Source: a phage. From it: a DNA stretch of 64,000 bases. A program made the position numbers and the translations under genes. The notes beneath the pieces were generated by a model that saw nothing but the letters and a program-made list of their open reading frames with translations, did no database searches and was not told where the DNA came from. Shown here one piece after another: positions 1 to 10,332 of this stretch. Positions within the stretch are counted from its first letter, which is position 1. Each line of letters begins with the position of its first letter. The stretch lies in the sequence record PZ445430.1; one strand, given 5' to 3'.

Positions 1-2226
1 TTCACGTACAATGGCAACCACGGAGTCGTGAACCAACATGACGATCTTCATCTCTTTTCCTAGACCCAGGGACAGGATTTCTTCATCAGCATCAATAGCA
101 CCTAACAGGAGACTGTCAGAAGATGCAGACTGAATGATTGCGTTAAATCCAGAACGGATTTCTTCACCCTGAACACCACGATCTTCAGAATGGATATTGT
201 GCAGACGACGCTTACGACCAAAGTGACTGTAGATGAATCCAAAGTTCTTGATCTGATCGTGGCACTTATCAATCCAACGCTTAAGCTGAGGGAATTGACC
301 GAAGTAAGTTTCGATATAGTCCTTCGCATCTGCAACGGTACATTCAACAAACGGTTCGCCTGTCTTAGCGGCCTGTTCCAGAAGAGCTTCATTAACAGAA
401 TGAGCAACTTTAGCTGGGCCAGAACCATACAAAATACCGAAGGTAATTGCCTTAGCAGCCTGACGCAGAGCTGGGAACAGCTTCTTAACATCACGTGGCT
501 CACAGGTCAGTTTAAATACCATGTGTGCAATGTTAGAGTGGAAGTCAGGGTATTTATCCGGCTCATTCTTCATGTTGATAAATACTTGTTGCATGTTTCT
601 GTCACCAGACAGTACAGCAGCGTAATAAACTTCCGCAGTTGTTAAGTCCCATGCGATTACACGGTATCTAGGAGGAGCTACTACACAACCCTTGATAATA
701 GATTCATCACGTGGTAACTGTTGCAGGTTCAGCTTACCAGAAGAACTCAGACGACCAGAAGTAGTCATGTGTTCATGGAAACCAGTACGAATGCAACCAT
801 CTGCATCAATGCTCAGAAGAATCTTCTCAACATAAGTAGAGATCAGCTTAGTTAGCTTACGAATCTCTAGCAGAGTCTTAGCAATTGGATGCTGAGTAGC
901 CAGTTCGTTCAGAGCTTCTGCGTTTGTAGAATCTGCACCTGTATCTGTCAGCTTACCAGTTGGAGTCAGACCAACATAATCAAACAGAAGAACACGAAGT
1001 TGCTTAACAGAGTTCGGGTTAAATGCTTCGTTCTGATCTTTCTCTAGCTGAACGACTTCTGGATAAGTATACAGCTTTTCACGAGCCTTGTTCAGGTTGT
1101 GAGTTAACTGATACTGAGCTTCTTTCAAGCGATCAACAGAAATTGGTACACCACGATCTTCAACACGTTGCAGGAATACGCAACCAGGCATCAGAACATC
1201 ATAGTATAGACTGCGAAGTTTTTCATTCTTCTCAATTTTCGGTAAGAAGAAGTTATGCAGACGCAGAGTAGCATCGGTATCTTTTGCAGCATAAGGCCAC
1301 ATAATATCAAATGGAATCAGATCATAGCTGAAATCTTCTTTCTTGATTTTATGTGCTTTGCAATAATCATCCTTGAACTTATCCAGTTCAAAGTCGTAAT
1401 CGCCCATGTCAGTATACTTCATAGCCAGAGATTTCAAGCCGTGAGTACCACGACGTTCATCGAGAACATAGTGTTGTAACATGGTATCATGAAGTCTACG
1501 CTCTTTATGTGCTTTCTCGAAGGAAAGTCCTAGATGATAGGAGTAAAAGTGCATATCAAACTTCAAGTTATGAAAAACGATCTGATGATTCTTGCTATCC
1601 AGAATTTTCTGGAGATAATGTACAGCTACTTCGGTGATACTGTCAGAGTCAATATAGACACCCTGATACTCTTGGTGAGACATAGAAACACCAAGCAGAT
1701 AACCATCACGAGCATACAGAGCCGAGGTTTCGGAGTCGAATGCGATAGGCCCGATAACCATGTTATACACCATCTTGATGTATTCTTCAGCTTCATCTGG
1801 ATCAGTAATAGGACGATAGTCACCGGCTTTTGCAATCTTCTCGCGACCATTAATAATGTCGTGAATACTTTCTACAGTTGCTTCAAAGACCGGTTTCATT
1901 TCAGGCTTAAAGTGTAGCTGAGCTGGACTGATACTTGCAATCCAGTTGGCGTAGCCACCATGCTCTACACGTTTACCAGTATAATCACCGATACCTTTCT
2001 TACCTGCGAAATACAGGAAAGGTTCAGCACCAACTAGTACCACAAAATCGTAATCGTTCGGATCGAACGGGTTATCTGGAGTTCCGATTGTAATATGCTT
2101 TTTCAGCAGACGACCAGATAACTTCTCGTTACACATATGGAATACATCAACTTCCTCACCATAGAGCTGGAAGTGTTTATCATAACGAGTGTTATTTAGA
2201 GCTTTATCAACTACTGCAATTTTCAA
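1..2226 (-). CDS. DNA polymerase, family A (3'-5' exonuclease plus polymerase domains); C-terminus lies beyond the window edge
   Basis: Minus-strand frame open from 2226 to position 1; translation contains exo motif DSETSALY and pol motifs KAITFGILYG and LVHDSVV; TTG start 6 nt after AAAGGAGA. Confidence 0.85.
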   Translation of the reverse strand, partial: MKIAVVDKALNNTRYDKHFQLYGEEVDVFHMCNEKLSGRLLKKHITIGTPDNPFDPNDYDFVVLVGAEPFLYFAGKKGIGDYTGKRVEHGGYANWIASISPAQLHFKPEMKPVFEATVESIHDIINGREKIAKAGDYRPITDPDEAEEYIKMVYNMVIGPIAFDSETSALYARDGYLLGVSMSHQEYQGVYIDSDSITEVAVHYLQKILDSKNHQIVFHNLKFDMHFYSYHLGLSFEKAHKERRLHDTMLQHYVLDERRGTHGLKSLAMKYTDMGDYDFELDKFKDDYCKAHKIKKEDFSYDLIPFDIMWPYAAKDTDATLRLHNFFLPKIEKNEKLRSLYYDVLMPGCVFLQRVEDRGVPISVDRLKEAQYQLTHNLNKAREKLYTYPEVVQLEKDQNEAFNPNSVKQLRVLLFDYVGLTPTGKLTDTGADSTNAEALNELATQHPIAKTLLEIRKLTKLISTYVEKILLSIDADGCIRTGFHEHMTTSGRLSSSGKLNLQQLPRDESIIKGCVVAPPRYRVIAWDLTTAEVYYAAVLSGDRNMQQVFINMKNEPDKYPDFHSNIAHMVFKLTCEPRDVKKLFPALRQAAKAITFGILYGSGPAKVAHSVNEALLEQAAKTGEPFVECTVADAKDYIETYFGQFPQLKRWIDKCHDQIKNFGFIYSHFGRKRRLHNIHSEDRGVQGEEIRSGFNAIIQSASSDSLLLGAIDADEEILSLGLGKEMKIVMLVHDSVVAIVRE

Positions 2227-2288
2227 ATTTAGTCTCCTTTTGGTAAGTAAGTATAACTTCAGTGTTTCTTCTCTAACTTACCAATATA

Positions 2289-3179
2289 TTATACCAAATC
2301 TTTGAGCGATTCGGCAACTAAAATTTCAATACGTTGAGCCAACATATCGATCTCTTCTTTATTTAAATCACCTGGGTCTTTACCTTCTGGAAGAAGGAAG
2401 TTACCAATTACAGGTGTTAAACGTGTTTTTGTACGAATTAGCTTCGCCAATGCTTGCGCAGCTTTATTACCAGAGGCATCATTATCTAATAGGATAACTA
2501 CTACTCTTACTCCAGCAATAATGTAAGGACTGAACTTATCGGCAATGTTATCAGATGTAAACTGATGTGTACCAAAGCAGCAAGAAGCATAATCCACACC
2601 GTTATCTTCTAGATTTAACATATCAAAGATACCTTCAACTAGAATAAGAACTGGTGTATTATATCGTACAGGGAAAATCGGTGGTGAAACTTGTTTTGGT
2701 TTTACTAAGTATTTAGGAGGGGCAGAACTGTTTATAGAACGTCCCAAGAATAGGATATTGCGTCCAACAGCATCTGTTATTGGGAATACAATTCTGCCTT
2801 CCCAGTCTGCTTGATGTTGGAAAGCAAAATATTTCTTCAAGGTCTTAGAACTGATACCTCGGAAATCACCTTCGAAAAGGTAAGCAGATTCAGGAATTGC
2901 AAGATTCGTAGATCCATTCCTAATCTCTGAAATCTTTTTACGTACTTGTGACAATCTTGGTGACTGTCTGTACTGAGTCTCATTAAAATAATGGTAAATG
3001 CTCGGTATTCCTCTACCAAAGCCACAGCTCAAGCAATGCATAATACCTGATTCAGGGTCAATACGCAAGCTTGGGTGTTTATCATCATGATCTGGATTGA
3101 GACAACAGATGAGGATATCCCCACCTGTGTCTTTGTATTCAATGCCTTTCAGATCAAGTAGTTCTGTTATTCTACTCAT
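2289..3179 (-). CDS. DNA primase (DnaG-like, zinc finger plus Toprim)
   Basis: 296 aa; Cys/His zinc-finger region CCLNPDHDDKHPSL...HCLSCG; Toprim-like LVEGIFDMLNL and LLDNDASGNKAA; sits between helicase and polymerase. Confidence 0.75.
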   Translation of the reverse strand: MSRITELLDLKGIEYKDTGGDILICCLNPDHDDKHPSLRIDPESGIMHCLSCGFGRGIPSIYHYFNETQYRQSPRLSQVRKKISEIRNGSTNLAIPESAYLFEGDFRGISSKTLKKYFAFQHQADWEGRIVFPITDAVGRNILFLGRSINSSAPPKYLVKPKQVSPPIFPVRYNTPVLILVEGIFDMLNLEDNGVDYASCCFGTHQFTSDNIADKFSPYIIAGVRVVVILLDNDASGNKAAQALAKLIRTKTRLTPVIGNFLLPEGKDPGDLNKEEIDMLAQRIEILVAESLKDLV

Positions 3180-4648
3180 ATATCGCTGGCCTGTTCACCT
3201 GTTGAATTTTCAGCTTTGTCTTTCTTAGCACGTTTAGGTTGAGCTGGTTTATCCTTTTCAATAGGAATAACGAACTCAGCTTCCATTTGCGCAATATCTT
3301 CCATTGCTAGGTTGGTAGTGTTATCCATTCGTAGAGTTTCCCAGTTCATCTTAGGCATAAACTTCACACTATCAGAGGAACGAGTCTTAACGAAATCAAA
3401 CATAATAGCACCTTGACCATTATCAGCTTTTGCAGCGTTAAGATTAGCAGCCATATCTGCGGAATCAAGAATCCCTTTAGACATACGCGTTCTACCATCT
3501 TGGTCAATCTGGTAAGGGGCAACACCAGCCACGTTATGTTTCTGGCAGATAGATTTGAAAGATGAACTAACAACCATCTGTTCTTTCCAGTCATACATGT
3601 CAATGGTCTTTGAATCTGGAAGTCTTGTTTGGTTAATATAGTCTAGAAGAGCTACAGTAACCTTATCACCATATTTAGCAACTAGTTTATTTAATTCTAC
3701 GTCAACCGTCGTAATAGACAGTTCAGGATCGTAAACGATGATCATAGGAGTGTGAAGCTCATAGCCTTCAAGGAGTTTACTTTCCATATCATAGAAGTCA
3801 CTCATTTTAGCCATAGTGTATTGCTTAACGAAGTTATCGAAAAGCTCTTCACCGCCATTAAACATCCTAGCCCTAGTTCTGGCTAATCTCAACAGAGCAG
3901 CACCTTCAAGAGTGTTATTACGCATTGCTAATGCAGATACTCCAGCCAACATAGCCAGATTACGTCTAAACACTTCGTGCTCTTTCATCTCAATTGAGAA
4001 ATATGGAGCAATGTCTCCATTCAAATATTGCTGAACCTGTATGTTTGAACAGATAATGGATTTACCAGTACCACGCCAACCACCAAGCAGTAACGTTTCT
4101 GTGCGAGCTAAACCAATTTGAGCGTCGAACTCATTACAAATACCAAGAGCGATCAAGTTCAGTTTGGTATCTTCTTCTCTCTGGAAAATACGCATTGTGT
4201 CTGCGTTGAATACCTTTCCAGTATTCGTTACTTTCTCTTCTAATTTTAAGTGAAGGGAGGCAACTCGGTTGAGAATTTCTCCCTGATCCAGCATTGTTAA
4301 ATCTTGAAGCACGTCTGTTTCTAGAAGTTTCAGGAATAGATCCTGTGTATATTCGGCTTCTAGGACTTCAAGCGCCTGTTCCATGCTCACTTCTGGAATT
4401 TGAGTGTTAGCTAAGACGACAAGAGCTTGAGAAAGGCGGGCGTTCCTATTGGCCTCAAGCATCAGTGCGTCAATGGACGGCATTGCGTTATATTTCTTAT
4501 AATAATTCTGGACGGCTTGGTAAATTGAGGAGAAAGCGTCATTAAAATGATCTTTATGCAGTTTTGAGAATGTTTCCAATGCTATTTGCTTCTGTTCAGA
4601 AGCGAGAAGCATCTTCAACACTACAGCTCGCACGTTAAACAAGGTCAT
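3176..4648 (-). CDS. replicative DNA helicase (DnaB-like)
   Basis: Walker A-like GGWRGTGKS; start moved to ATG at 4648 behind AAAGGAGA RBS (the listed 507 aa ORF has an unlikely N-terminal extension). Confidence 0.65.
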   Translation of the reverse strand: MTLFNVRAVVLKMLLASEQKQIALETFSKLHKDHFNDAFSSIYQAVQNYYKKYNAMPSIDALMLEANRNARLSQALVVLANTQIPEVSMEQALEVLEAEYTQDLFLKLLETDVLQDLTMLDQGEILNRVASLHLKLEEKVTNTGKVFNADTMRIFQREEDTKLNLIALGICNEFDAQIGLARTETLLLGGWRGTGKSIICSNIQVQQYLNGDIAPYFSIEMKEHEVFRRNLAMLAGVSALAMRNNTLEGAALLRLARTRARMFNGGEELFDNFVKQYTMAKMSDFYDMESKLLEGYELHTPMIIVYDPELSITTVDVELNKLVAKYGDKVTVALLDYINQTRLPDSKTIDMYDWKEQMVVSSSFKSICQKHNVAGVAPYQIDQDGRTRMSKGILDSADMAANLNAAKADNGQGAIMFDFVKTRSSDSVKFMPKMNWETLRMDNTTNLAMEDIAQMEAEFVIPIEKDKPAQPKRAKKDKAENSTGEQASDI

Positions 4649-4730
4649 TCTCCTTTGCACGCTTTCGTGCCTTCTAAATGCAAAAAGGGGAAGGAGCATA
4701 GCCCCCTCCCCTTAGGTTTAATTTACCAGA

Positions 4731-5498
4731 TTATTCAGCAGCCGCAGCTTTTGCATCCAGTTTAGCACGCTTAGCAGCACCATCATAGTCCTTAGCAACC
4801 AGACCACGACGAGACAGCATAGATTTAACACCGCGCTCAGACTTACCAGTTTTCTCAGCGATCTCAGCAACAGCCATGTTAGCCAGATCCAGACCTTCTA
4901 ACAGATCTTCACGGGTTTTAGCACTTGAAGTTTCCTGTACCGGCATAGCAGCGATACGACCTTCGCGAAGCAGGCTCAGAGCTTTACCACGGATCTGCTT
5001 AATATTGCGACCGAAGTGAGCAGCGATAGCTTCAATAGTAGCACCAGCAACAACCTGATTAACGAAATCAGTTTCTTCATCAGGAGTGAAGGAACGAACA
5101 GCGGCAGCTTTTTCAGTTGGCTTAACAGAAGCAGTCATTTCTAGACTCAGGATCTTACCCTGTACCTGCTTAGCACCGAACTGACCACCAGCTACAGCAG
5201 CAGCGATTTCAGCGTAAGTATACTGACCAGCATGAGCGTTCAGGAAATCAACCAGTTCAGCTTCCTGCTCAGGAGTCCACGGGGATTTCTGTACTTCGTT
5301 TGCTTTCTGTACTTCGAAACCTTCTTTACGCAGCTTAGAGCCAACAGAGCGAGCGGTAACGTCTTTACCGGTCTCGGTAGCCAGTTCAGCAGCGATAGCA
5401 GCTACTTGTTCTTGAGAGATTACAGTAACACCCAGAGCAGTGGCTTTTGCTTTCAGAGACTCGGTTACACCTTCTACGTTCCAGTTCAGTTTAGACAT
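4731..5498 (-). CDS. hypothetical protein, Ala/Lys-rich, possible DNA-binding replication factor
   Basis: 255 aa ORF with GGAGA RBS; low-complexity Ala-rich composition; location inside replication module. Confidence 0.5.
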   Translation of the reverse strand: MSKLNWNVEGVTESLKAKATALGVTVISQEQVAAIAAELATETGKDVTARSVGSKLRKEGFEVQKANEVQKSPWTPEQEAELVDFLNAHAGQYTYAEIAAAVAGGQFGAKQVQGKILSLEMTASVKPTEKAAAVRSFTPDEETDFVNQVVAGATIEAIAAHFGRNIKQIRGKALSLLREGRIAAMPVQETSSAKTREDLLEGLDLANMAVAEIAEKTGKSERGVKSMLSRRGLVAKDYDGAAKRAKLDAKAAAAE

Positions 5499-6273
5499 TA
5501 TTATTTTTCTCCAATAGTTCTTTAATCGACAGGATTTCTATCCCATTCGTTTCGGCTTTCTTATAAGATGAGGAAGAACGTTTTGATTCATCCTCACAGA
5601 TTAGGTATTTGACGTCTTTGGTAACGGACTTCTTAACCGTATATCCTAGACTCTCTAAATAGTTTGTTGCATCCGTTCGATTTGCAAAATCTTGCAAAGA
5701 TCCGGTAATACAGACCGTGATTCCATTTGGCTGAGCAACTAAATCATCTGTAATGATGATATCAGCTTTAGCACCTCGAATACCAGTTGAGAATTTCCAC
5801 GGTAATTCAATAACATCCTTGCCTTGCGGGGAATTTAGCCAGGTTTTGTAATTTTCTCCAGCCTTGCCGTCAGCCTTCACATCGTGGAAGCTAGTGCAAT
5901 TTTGGGACAGTTTCTTTGCTGCAACCTCTCCAATAAGAGGAATTCCTAAAGAACCGAGAACTGAACCAAAGTCAATGTCTCCGCGAACCTTAGTATTTAA
6001 CTCGCTAATCAACTTAGCGGCAACCTTGCTACCCACAGCTCCGACCAAATCTTCTTCGGTCAGGTAAAACAGTTCTGAGATTTTAGTCAGCTCCAGCTTC
6101 TCAATAGTTTTCGGGCCAAAGCCCTTTAACTTCATTTTTGTGCAGAAGTTCTCGATTAACTTACTTGATTGCGCTGGACAGTTGGACTTATTCCTACAGA
6201 ATAATTGCCCGTTGACAAGATCTAGCTTAGAACCACAAGAGGGACATTGTGTTGGAATTTCGATTTTCATCAA
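5491..6273 (-). CDS. ligB: NAD-dependent DNA ligase, C-terminal subunit (zinc finger, HhH, BRCT-like)
   Basis: 260 aa; Cys4 cluster CPSCGSKL...CRNKSNCP typical of the LigA zinc finger; GFGPKTIEKL helix-hairpin-helix; AAGGAAG RBS. Confidence 0.7.
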   Translation of the reverse strand: MMKIEIPTQCPSCGSKLDLVNGQLFCRNKSNCPAQSSKLIENFCTKMKLKGFGPKTIEKLELTKISELFYLTEEDLVGAVGSKVAAKLISELNTKVRGDIDFGSVLGSLGIPLIGEVAAKKLSQNCTSFHDVKADGKAGENYKTWLNSPQGKDVIELPWKFSTGIRGAKADIIITDDLVAQPNGITVCITGSLQDFANRTDATNYLESLGYTVKKSVTKDVKYLICEDESKRSSSSYKKAETNGIEILSIKELLEKNNNV

Positions 6274-6300
6274 ATTTCTTCCTTATCAATTTATATAAAT

Positions 6301-6329
6301 ATTATAGCAAGTATTTAAGCATTTAGCAA
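6301..6329 (-). promoter_or_regulatory. sigma70-type promoter inside the ligA-ligB spacer, drives ligB
   Basis: Minus strand reads TTGCTA, 17 bp, TATAAT. Confidence 0.55.
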
Positions 6330-6472
6330 CTACAATTTTAACTAACTTTGCTTACCCTCGCCATAACTTTCTATCCCTCAACTGAATGATAATAGTATAT
6401 ACCTAAGCGGCGAAAATGTCAATAACCACTTTATAATTCCGACATGGTAAACGGGTAGCAAAGGGTTACGAA

Positions 6473-7444
6473 TTAGTCGTATACTCGCTCTACTATACAA
6501 GGGATTACACCACCAGCACGAATCACTCGAATCTGGCTACCGATCTCTAAATCGAGAGCGTTAATATAGTCAACGTTATTAAGAGTTGCTTTAACGATTG
6601 TGGCATCATCAATAATCACCGGTTCGAAATAACCAACTGGAGTTACTTTACCAGAAGCCCCAACTTGCCATTCAACTTTAACAAGAGTGGTAATTTCGCC
6701 TTCTTCATCCTCTTTAATAGCAAATGCACCACGAGGAAATTTATTAGTCCAACCTTCACGGAAGAATTTATTGTTGTCATTAATACGAACAACTTTACCG
6801 TCCGTCGGAATCCATTTAAAGAAGGAACGAACATTAACAACTGTCAAGAAGTTCTCATTCTCTAGCCAAAGCATATCTTTTAAATAGGCTTCTGTAATAC
6901 CGACTGTTTCCGCTGAACACTGGATACCATATGCAACGAAGATTAAACCACCTTCACCAATACGTTGGATGAAATCATCGCTGTCTTTCAGGTTAATAGC
7001 ACCCGAAGCGTAGTTACGTTTGTTCTCTACTTCTTTAGTAATTAGAACTTCACCAGTGATTTGAGTTGGTACTTTTTGGGAAATAGTTTTGGGGATGTTC
7101 AGCATTTTAACATTATGCGTTACATCATTCCCTAGAATACCGTTACCACGAGTTAACGCTTGAACAAACTCACCATTAATATATAATAGAGAAATCGCAC
7201 AACCATCTAACTTATCAGTTTCAACCTGACCAAGTGGGTTGAATGGAGCTTTATCACCACGATCGTAATAGACTTTCTGCAAAGAATACATACGATACAA
7301 ATGAGGGATATCACCTTTCGGTCCGATTTCTTCCTCTAGTGGGAATCTTTTAATCAGACGATCATATTCTTCGTCAGAGATTAAAGACATACCTTGATAA
7401 TATGCTTCTTGACAGCGTTTAATAAATTCTTTTACATTAGTCAT
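6473..7444 (-). CDS. ligA: NAD-dependent DNA ligase, N-terminal adenylation/OB subunit
   Basis: 323 aa; KxDG adenylation motif in VETDKLDGCAISLLY; N-terminal YYxxxxxLISDEEYD typical of the NAD-binding Ia domain. Confidence 0.75.
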   Translation of the reverse strand: MTNVKEFIKRCQEAYYQGMSLISDEEYDRLIKRFPLEEEIGPKGDIPHLYRMYSLQKVYYDRGDKAPFNPLGQVETDKLDGCAISLLYINGEFVQALTRGNGILGNDVTHNVKMLNIPKTISQKVPTQITGEVLITKEVENKRNYASGAINLKDSDDFIQRIGEGGLIFVAYGIQCSAETVGITEAYLKDMLWLENENFLTVVNVRSFFKWIPTDGKVVRINDNNKFFREGWTNKFPRGAFAIKEDEEGEITTLVKVEWQVGASGKVTPVGYFEPVIIDDATIVKATLNNVDYINALDLEIGSQIRVIRAGGVIPCIVERVYD

Positions 7445-7531
7445 TTATTTATATCTCTCATCAATTTATATAAATATTGTATAACAAAACTGAGTCGAAA
7501 GCAAGTACATTTATAAAGAAAAAGCCAAGAA

Positions 7532-7840
7532 CTAGGCATTCTTGGCTTTGAGTTCTTCAGCTCGTTTCTGTACTTCATGCAATACCTCGGATTCACTGAG
7601 GATTTGCGTAAAAGCGTAAAATAGCTGTGATGTAGTTTCTAGGGTATAAGGAAAAGAGAAGCCGGATTTCGTTGGAAACCACTCTCCAGTAATATCTTGG
7701 AGCCAGTAACGAATTCCCATGTATAGATTCCCACGAAATTCAGATACGGTTAGTCTTACTTGTTCCCCCTCCTTCTCCCAAAGCATGATGGACTGGTCGT
7801 CAACGTGTCCTTCATAGTTTTGATTTACCTGATCGCTCAT
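7532..7840 (-). CDS. hypothetical protein
   Basis: 102 aa ORF in minus-strand gene array; no recognisable motif. Confidence 0.45.
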   Translation of the reverse strand: MSDQVNQNYEGHVDDQSIMLWEKEGEQVRLTVSEFRGNLYMGIRYWLQDITGEWFPTKSGFSFPYTLETTSQLFYAFTQILSESEVLHEVQKRAEELKAKNA

Positions 7841-7890
7841 TTACATATCCCAAATACACAAAAAGCCCCATATAGGGGCTAATTGGTTTC

Positions 7891-8187
7891 TTATCGGCCT
7901 ACTGGAGAAGCACGATCTAACTCTGACTGGAGGCTCGTCACACGGCGAACTTTCGCAACAGGAATAAAACGGAAGCTATCATTAGTACGAGAGAAAACGA
8001 GGATTTCATCTTCTTTCGGCTTACGGATGCGCTCACGTTTAATACGCTCAGCCAGGTATTTATCCTGAGCTGGATCAAATTCCATCGTACCCTGAAGGTA
8101 CGTGGTTCCTTTCTGACGAAGTTTTTCGTAATGAAGATAAAACTCACCAAATTTTTCGCATTGAGCAATAATTTCAGCTTTGTTCAT
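7891..8187 (-). CDS. hypothetical protein
   Basis: 98 aa ORF; no recognisable motif. Confidence 0.45.
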   Translation of the reverse strand: MNKAEIIAQCEKFGEFYLHYEKLRQKGTTYLQGTMEFDPAQDKYLAERIKRERIRKPKEDEILVFSRTNDSFRFIPVAKVRRVTSLQSELDRASPVGR

Positions 8188-8223
8188 AACTGTATTCCTT
8201 GTATTGGTGGATTTATCTAAGAT

Positions 8224-8634
8224 TTACTTAGTGATAGCTCGGATAGCTTCTGCCAGATGAGCAGCTGCTTTACCGGTCAGCTTGTCGATGATTGCGTCGT
8301 CCAGGAAGTCCGGTGCTAAGCCAGCATCAGAGAATGCAGAGCGAAGATCGGAGTGAGCCTGAGCTTTGGAAGTACGAGAACCACCAGAAGCTTTTTCTCC
8401 AGTAGATGCGCTTGATTTAGAAGTAGAGCCAGCAGCTTTCTTGATATACAGACCTGCTTTGGTCAGCTTCATACGGAAGCCGTTCGGAGTTACACCATTT
8501 TCCTGAGCAATTTCGCTAACAATTTCCATGCTAACGCCCGGACGCTCATCTTCTGGGAATTGCTCCATACGAGCAACGTAGTCGGAAGACATTTTTTCGA
8601 ACAGTTCATCAGTCCACTGAGTTGGAGTAGTCAT
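8224..8634 (-). CDS. hypothetical protein
   Basis: 136 aa ORF downstream of minus-strand promoter 8693-8721; Ser/Ala-rich middle. Confidence 0.5.
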   Translation of the reverse strand: MTTPTQWTDELFEKMSSDYVARMEQFPEDERPGVSMEIVSEIAQENGVTPNGFRMKLTKAGLYIKKAAGSTSKSSASTGEKASGGSRTSKAQAHSDLRSAFSDAGLAPDFLDDAIIDKLTGKAAAHLAEAIRAITK

Positions 8635-8692
8635 ATTTTTCGATTTCCTTAATTAAGGATTAAACAGAATAGTTCTTTCAAACTATGAGAAT

Positions 8693-8721
8693 ATTATATC
8701 AAGAATTACAGGATTAAGCAA
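8693..8721 (-). promoter_or_regulatory. sigma70-type promoter (minus strand)
   Basis: Minus strand reads TTGCTT, 17 bp, TATAAT, upstream of the gene at 8224-8634. Confidence 0.55.
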
Positions 8722-8741
8722 CTGAAATTTTTCAGTAACTG

Positions 8742-8996
8742 CTACACATCTAGTTCAACGATCTCCCAATCGTTGGCCAGAGCTTCGTCTAGAGTTAGCT
8801 CAGTGGTTTTCCACGATGCATCGTCTAGCGTGAGTTTAGTACGCCCATCTTTAGACCACCACCAAGTAAATTCTATGATGTCATTATTATCAACATCTAC
8901 TTTGATAATAGTGGTAGAATAGGCATTATTTTCCCAGCTATCTCGCTGGAGATATTTTACGTCTCCAGCTTTTAACAGATCAGTTAGTTTACTCAC
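8742..8996 (-). CDS. hypothetical protein
   Basis: 84 aa ORF overlapping upstream gene stop by 8 nt (coupled). Confidence 0.45.
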   Translation of the reverse strand: MSKLTDLLKAGDVKYLQRDSWENNAYSTTIIKVDVDNNDIIEFTWWWSKDGRTKLTLDDASWKTTELTLDEALANDWEIVELDV

Positions 8997-9693
8997 GGCG
9001 TTTTCCTTTCTCTTTATCGAGTTTCAAGGCAGCTTTAACAGCTTCATTAACCAATGTGATAACTTCTTCACGGCTCCACTTAAAGCCTAGAGCCTTAACA
9101 TCAACTCCCAGCTTTTCCAGATGTTTAACAGAAGCTAATTCGTAGTGCATATAATGAACGTTCTGTTGCTTACCTTCTGATAACAGCCAAACACGATAGC
9201 AACCAACTGGATTAGTCATTGCTTTCTTGATTTCACCAATACACTGATAGCCAGGAACCCAAACAAGTTCACCAACTTCAAATTCTTCTGCCATTGCATC
9301 ATCAGGAATCAGTGGTGGATTCAATGGATCGACAATATCATTTAAACGAAGCAGAGCACCGTAACGTTCCAGAACAGATTTAATCATCGCTACAGAACGA
9401 TAGTTACGATCTGCGATTTCTTCAAAAGAATCACCAGATAAATACTGTTCAATTACGTTTGCAAGCTCAACACCCTCAATCAGTGTTCCGCGCTTCTTCT
9501 TTTTCATTTCCGCAACCTGAACCTGACGATCTCTCCATTCTTCGATCATTCGTTCCATAGTTGGGTTAGAAGAAACACCGAGCATTTCACATGCTGCTTT
9601 CTTAGTACCACCATTCTCCAGATGTTCGATAACCTTTTTAAAGGTTTCATCAGGGATTTCATGGATAAGTTTCTTTCTACGAGAACCAGCCAT
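8989..9693 (-). CDS. hypothetical protein, possible HTH DNA-binding
   Basis: 234 aa; GAGAGGAG RBS; segment GTKKAACEMLGVSSNPTMERMI resembles a helix-turn-helix. Confidence 0.5.
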   Translation of the reverse strand: MAGSRRKKLIHEIPDETFKKVIEHLENGGTKKAACEMLGVSSNPTMERMIEEWRDRQVQVAEMKKKKRGTLIEGVELANVIEQYLSGDSFEEIADRNYRSVAMIKSVLERYGALLRLNDIVDPLNPPLIPDDAMAEEFEVGELVWVPGYQCIGEIKKAMTNPVGCYRVWLLSEGKQQNVHYMHYELASVKHLEKLGVDVKALGFKWSREEVITLVNEAVKAALKLDKEKGKRRE

Positions 9694-9724
9694 ATTTAAA
9701 CTCCTCTCTCAAATTTATGAATCT

Positions 9725-9753
9725 ATTATACAGAAAATTTTTGCAAGATGCAA
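9725..9753 (-). promoter_or_regulatory. sigma70-type promoter (minus strand)
   Basis: Minus strand reads TTGCAT, 17 bp, TATAAT, then leader CATAAATTTGAGAGAGGAG before the ATG. Confidence 0.5.
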
Positions 9754-9759
9754 ATAAAT

Positions 9760-10332
9760 TTATAAAGAAGCTGCTTTCAGCTTGTTATACCTATAAAGAA
9801 TGGCCGGGGCGCTTTTAAATCCAAGCACTCTAGCAGTTTTTCTCCAAGAATTGGTTTTCTGATACGTAGATTCTATTAACTCTAAGGTTAGAGTATCGCC
9901 GGAGGGAATAACCACATTATATTTAAACATAGCCCTGCACCTATAAGATGCAGCCGCTTTAGTTATGCCCATACTTTCTAATTTCTTAATTTCTGCTAGG
10001 AAATCTGGATGTTCTCTCCAATTTTTATTATGAAATTTTATTGCATTAGCTTTGTAGGTTAATACCTGCAAGTTAACTAATCTAGGATCTAACTTATCAT
10101 CATTTATATGGTCTACTACCAATTCTGATTCTAATCCAGGAAGTAGCCCAAAACAATAAGCTACTAACCTATGCACCCTCACATTTATAGGAGAGCCATC
10201 CTTCATTAAATTAACTTGTAAGTACCCCGCAGTATTTTGACCCGGAGCAAGAAATTTGTTGGAGAGAAAAGAATACACCTCTCCATTTTCATTCACTGCA
10301 TAGTCAGGAAATTCGGGAATTCTTATAAACAT
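9760..10332 (-). CDS. HNH homing endonuclease
   Basis: 190 aa; HNH core HRLVAYCFG...VVDHINDDKLDPRLVNLQVLTYKANA; free-standing between replication genes. Confidence 0.7.
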   Translation of the reverse strand: MFIRIPEFPDYAVNENGEVYSFLSNKFLAPGQNTAGYLQVNLMKDGSPINVRVHRLVAYCFGLLPGLESELVVDHINDDKLDPRLVNLQVLTYKANAIKFHNKNWREHPDFLAEIKKLESMGITKAAASYRCRAMFKYNVVIPSGDTLTLELIESTYQKTNSWRKTARVLGFKSAPAILYRYNKLKAASL

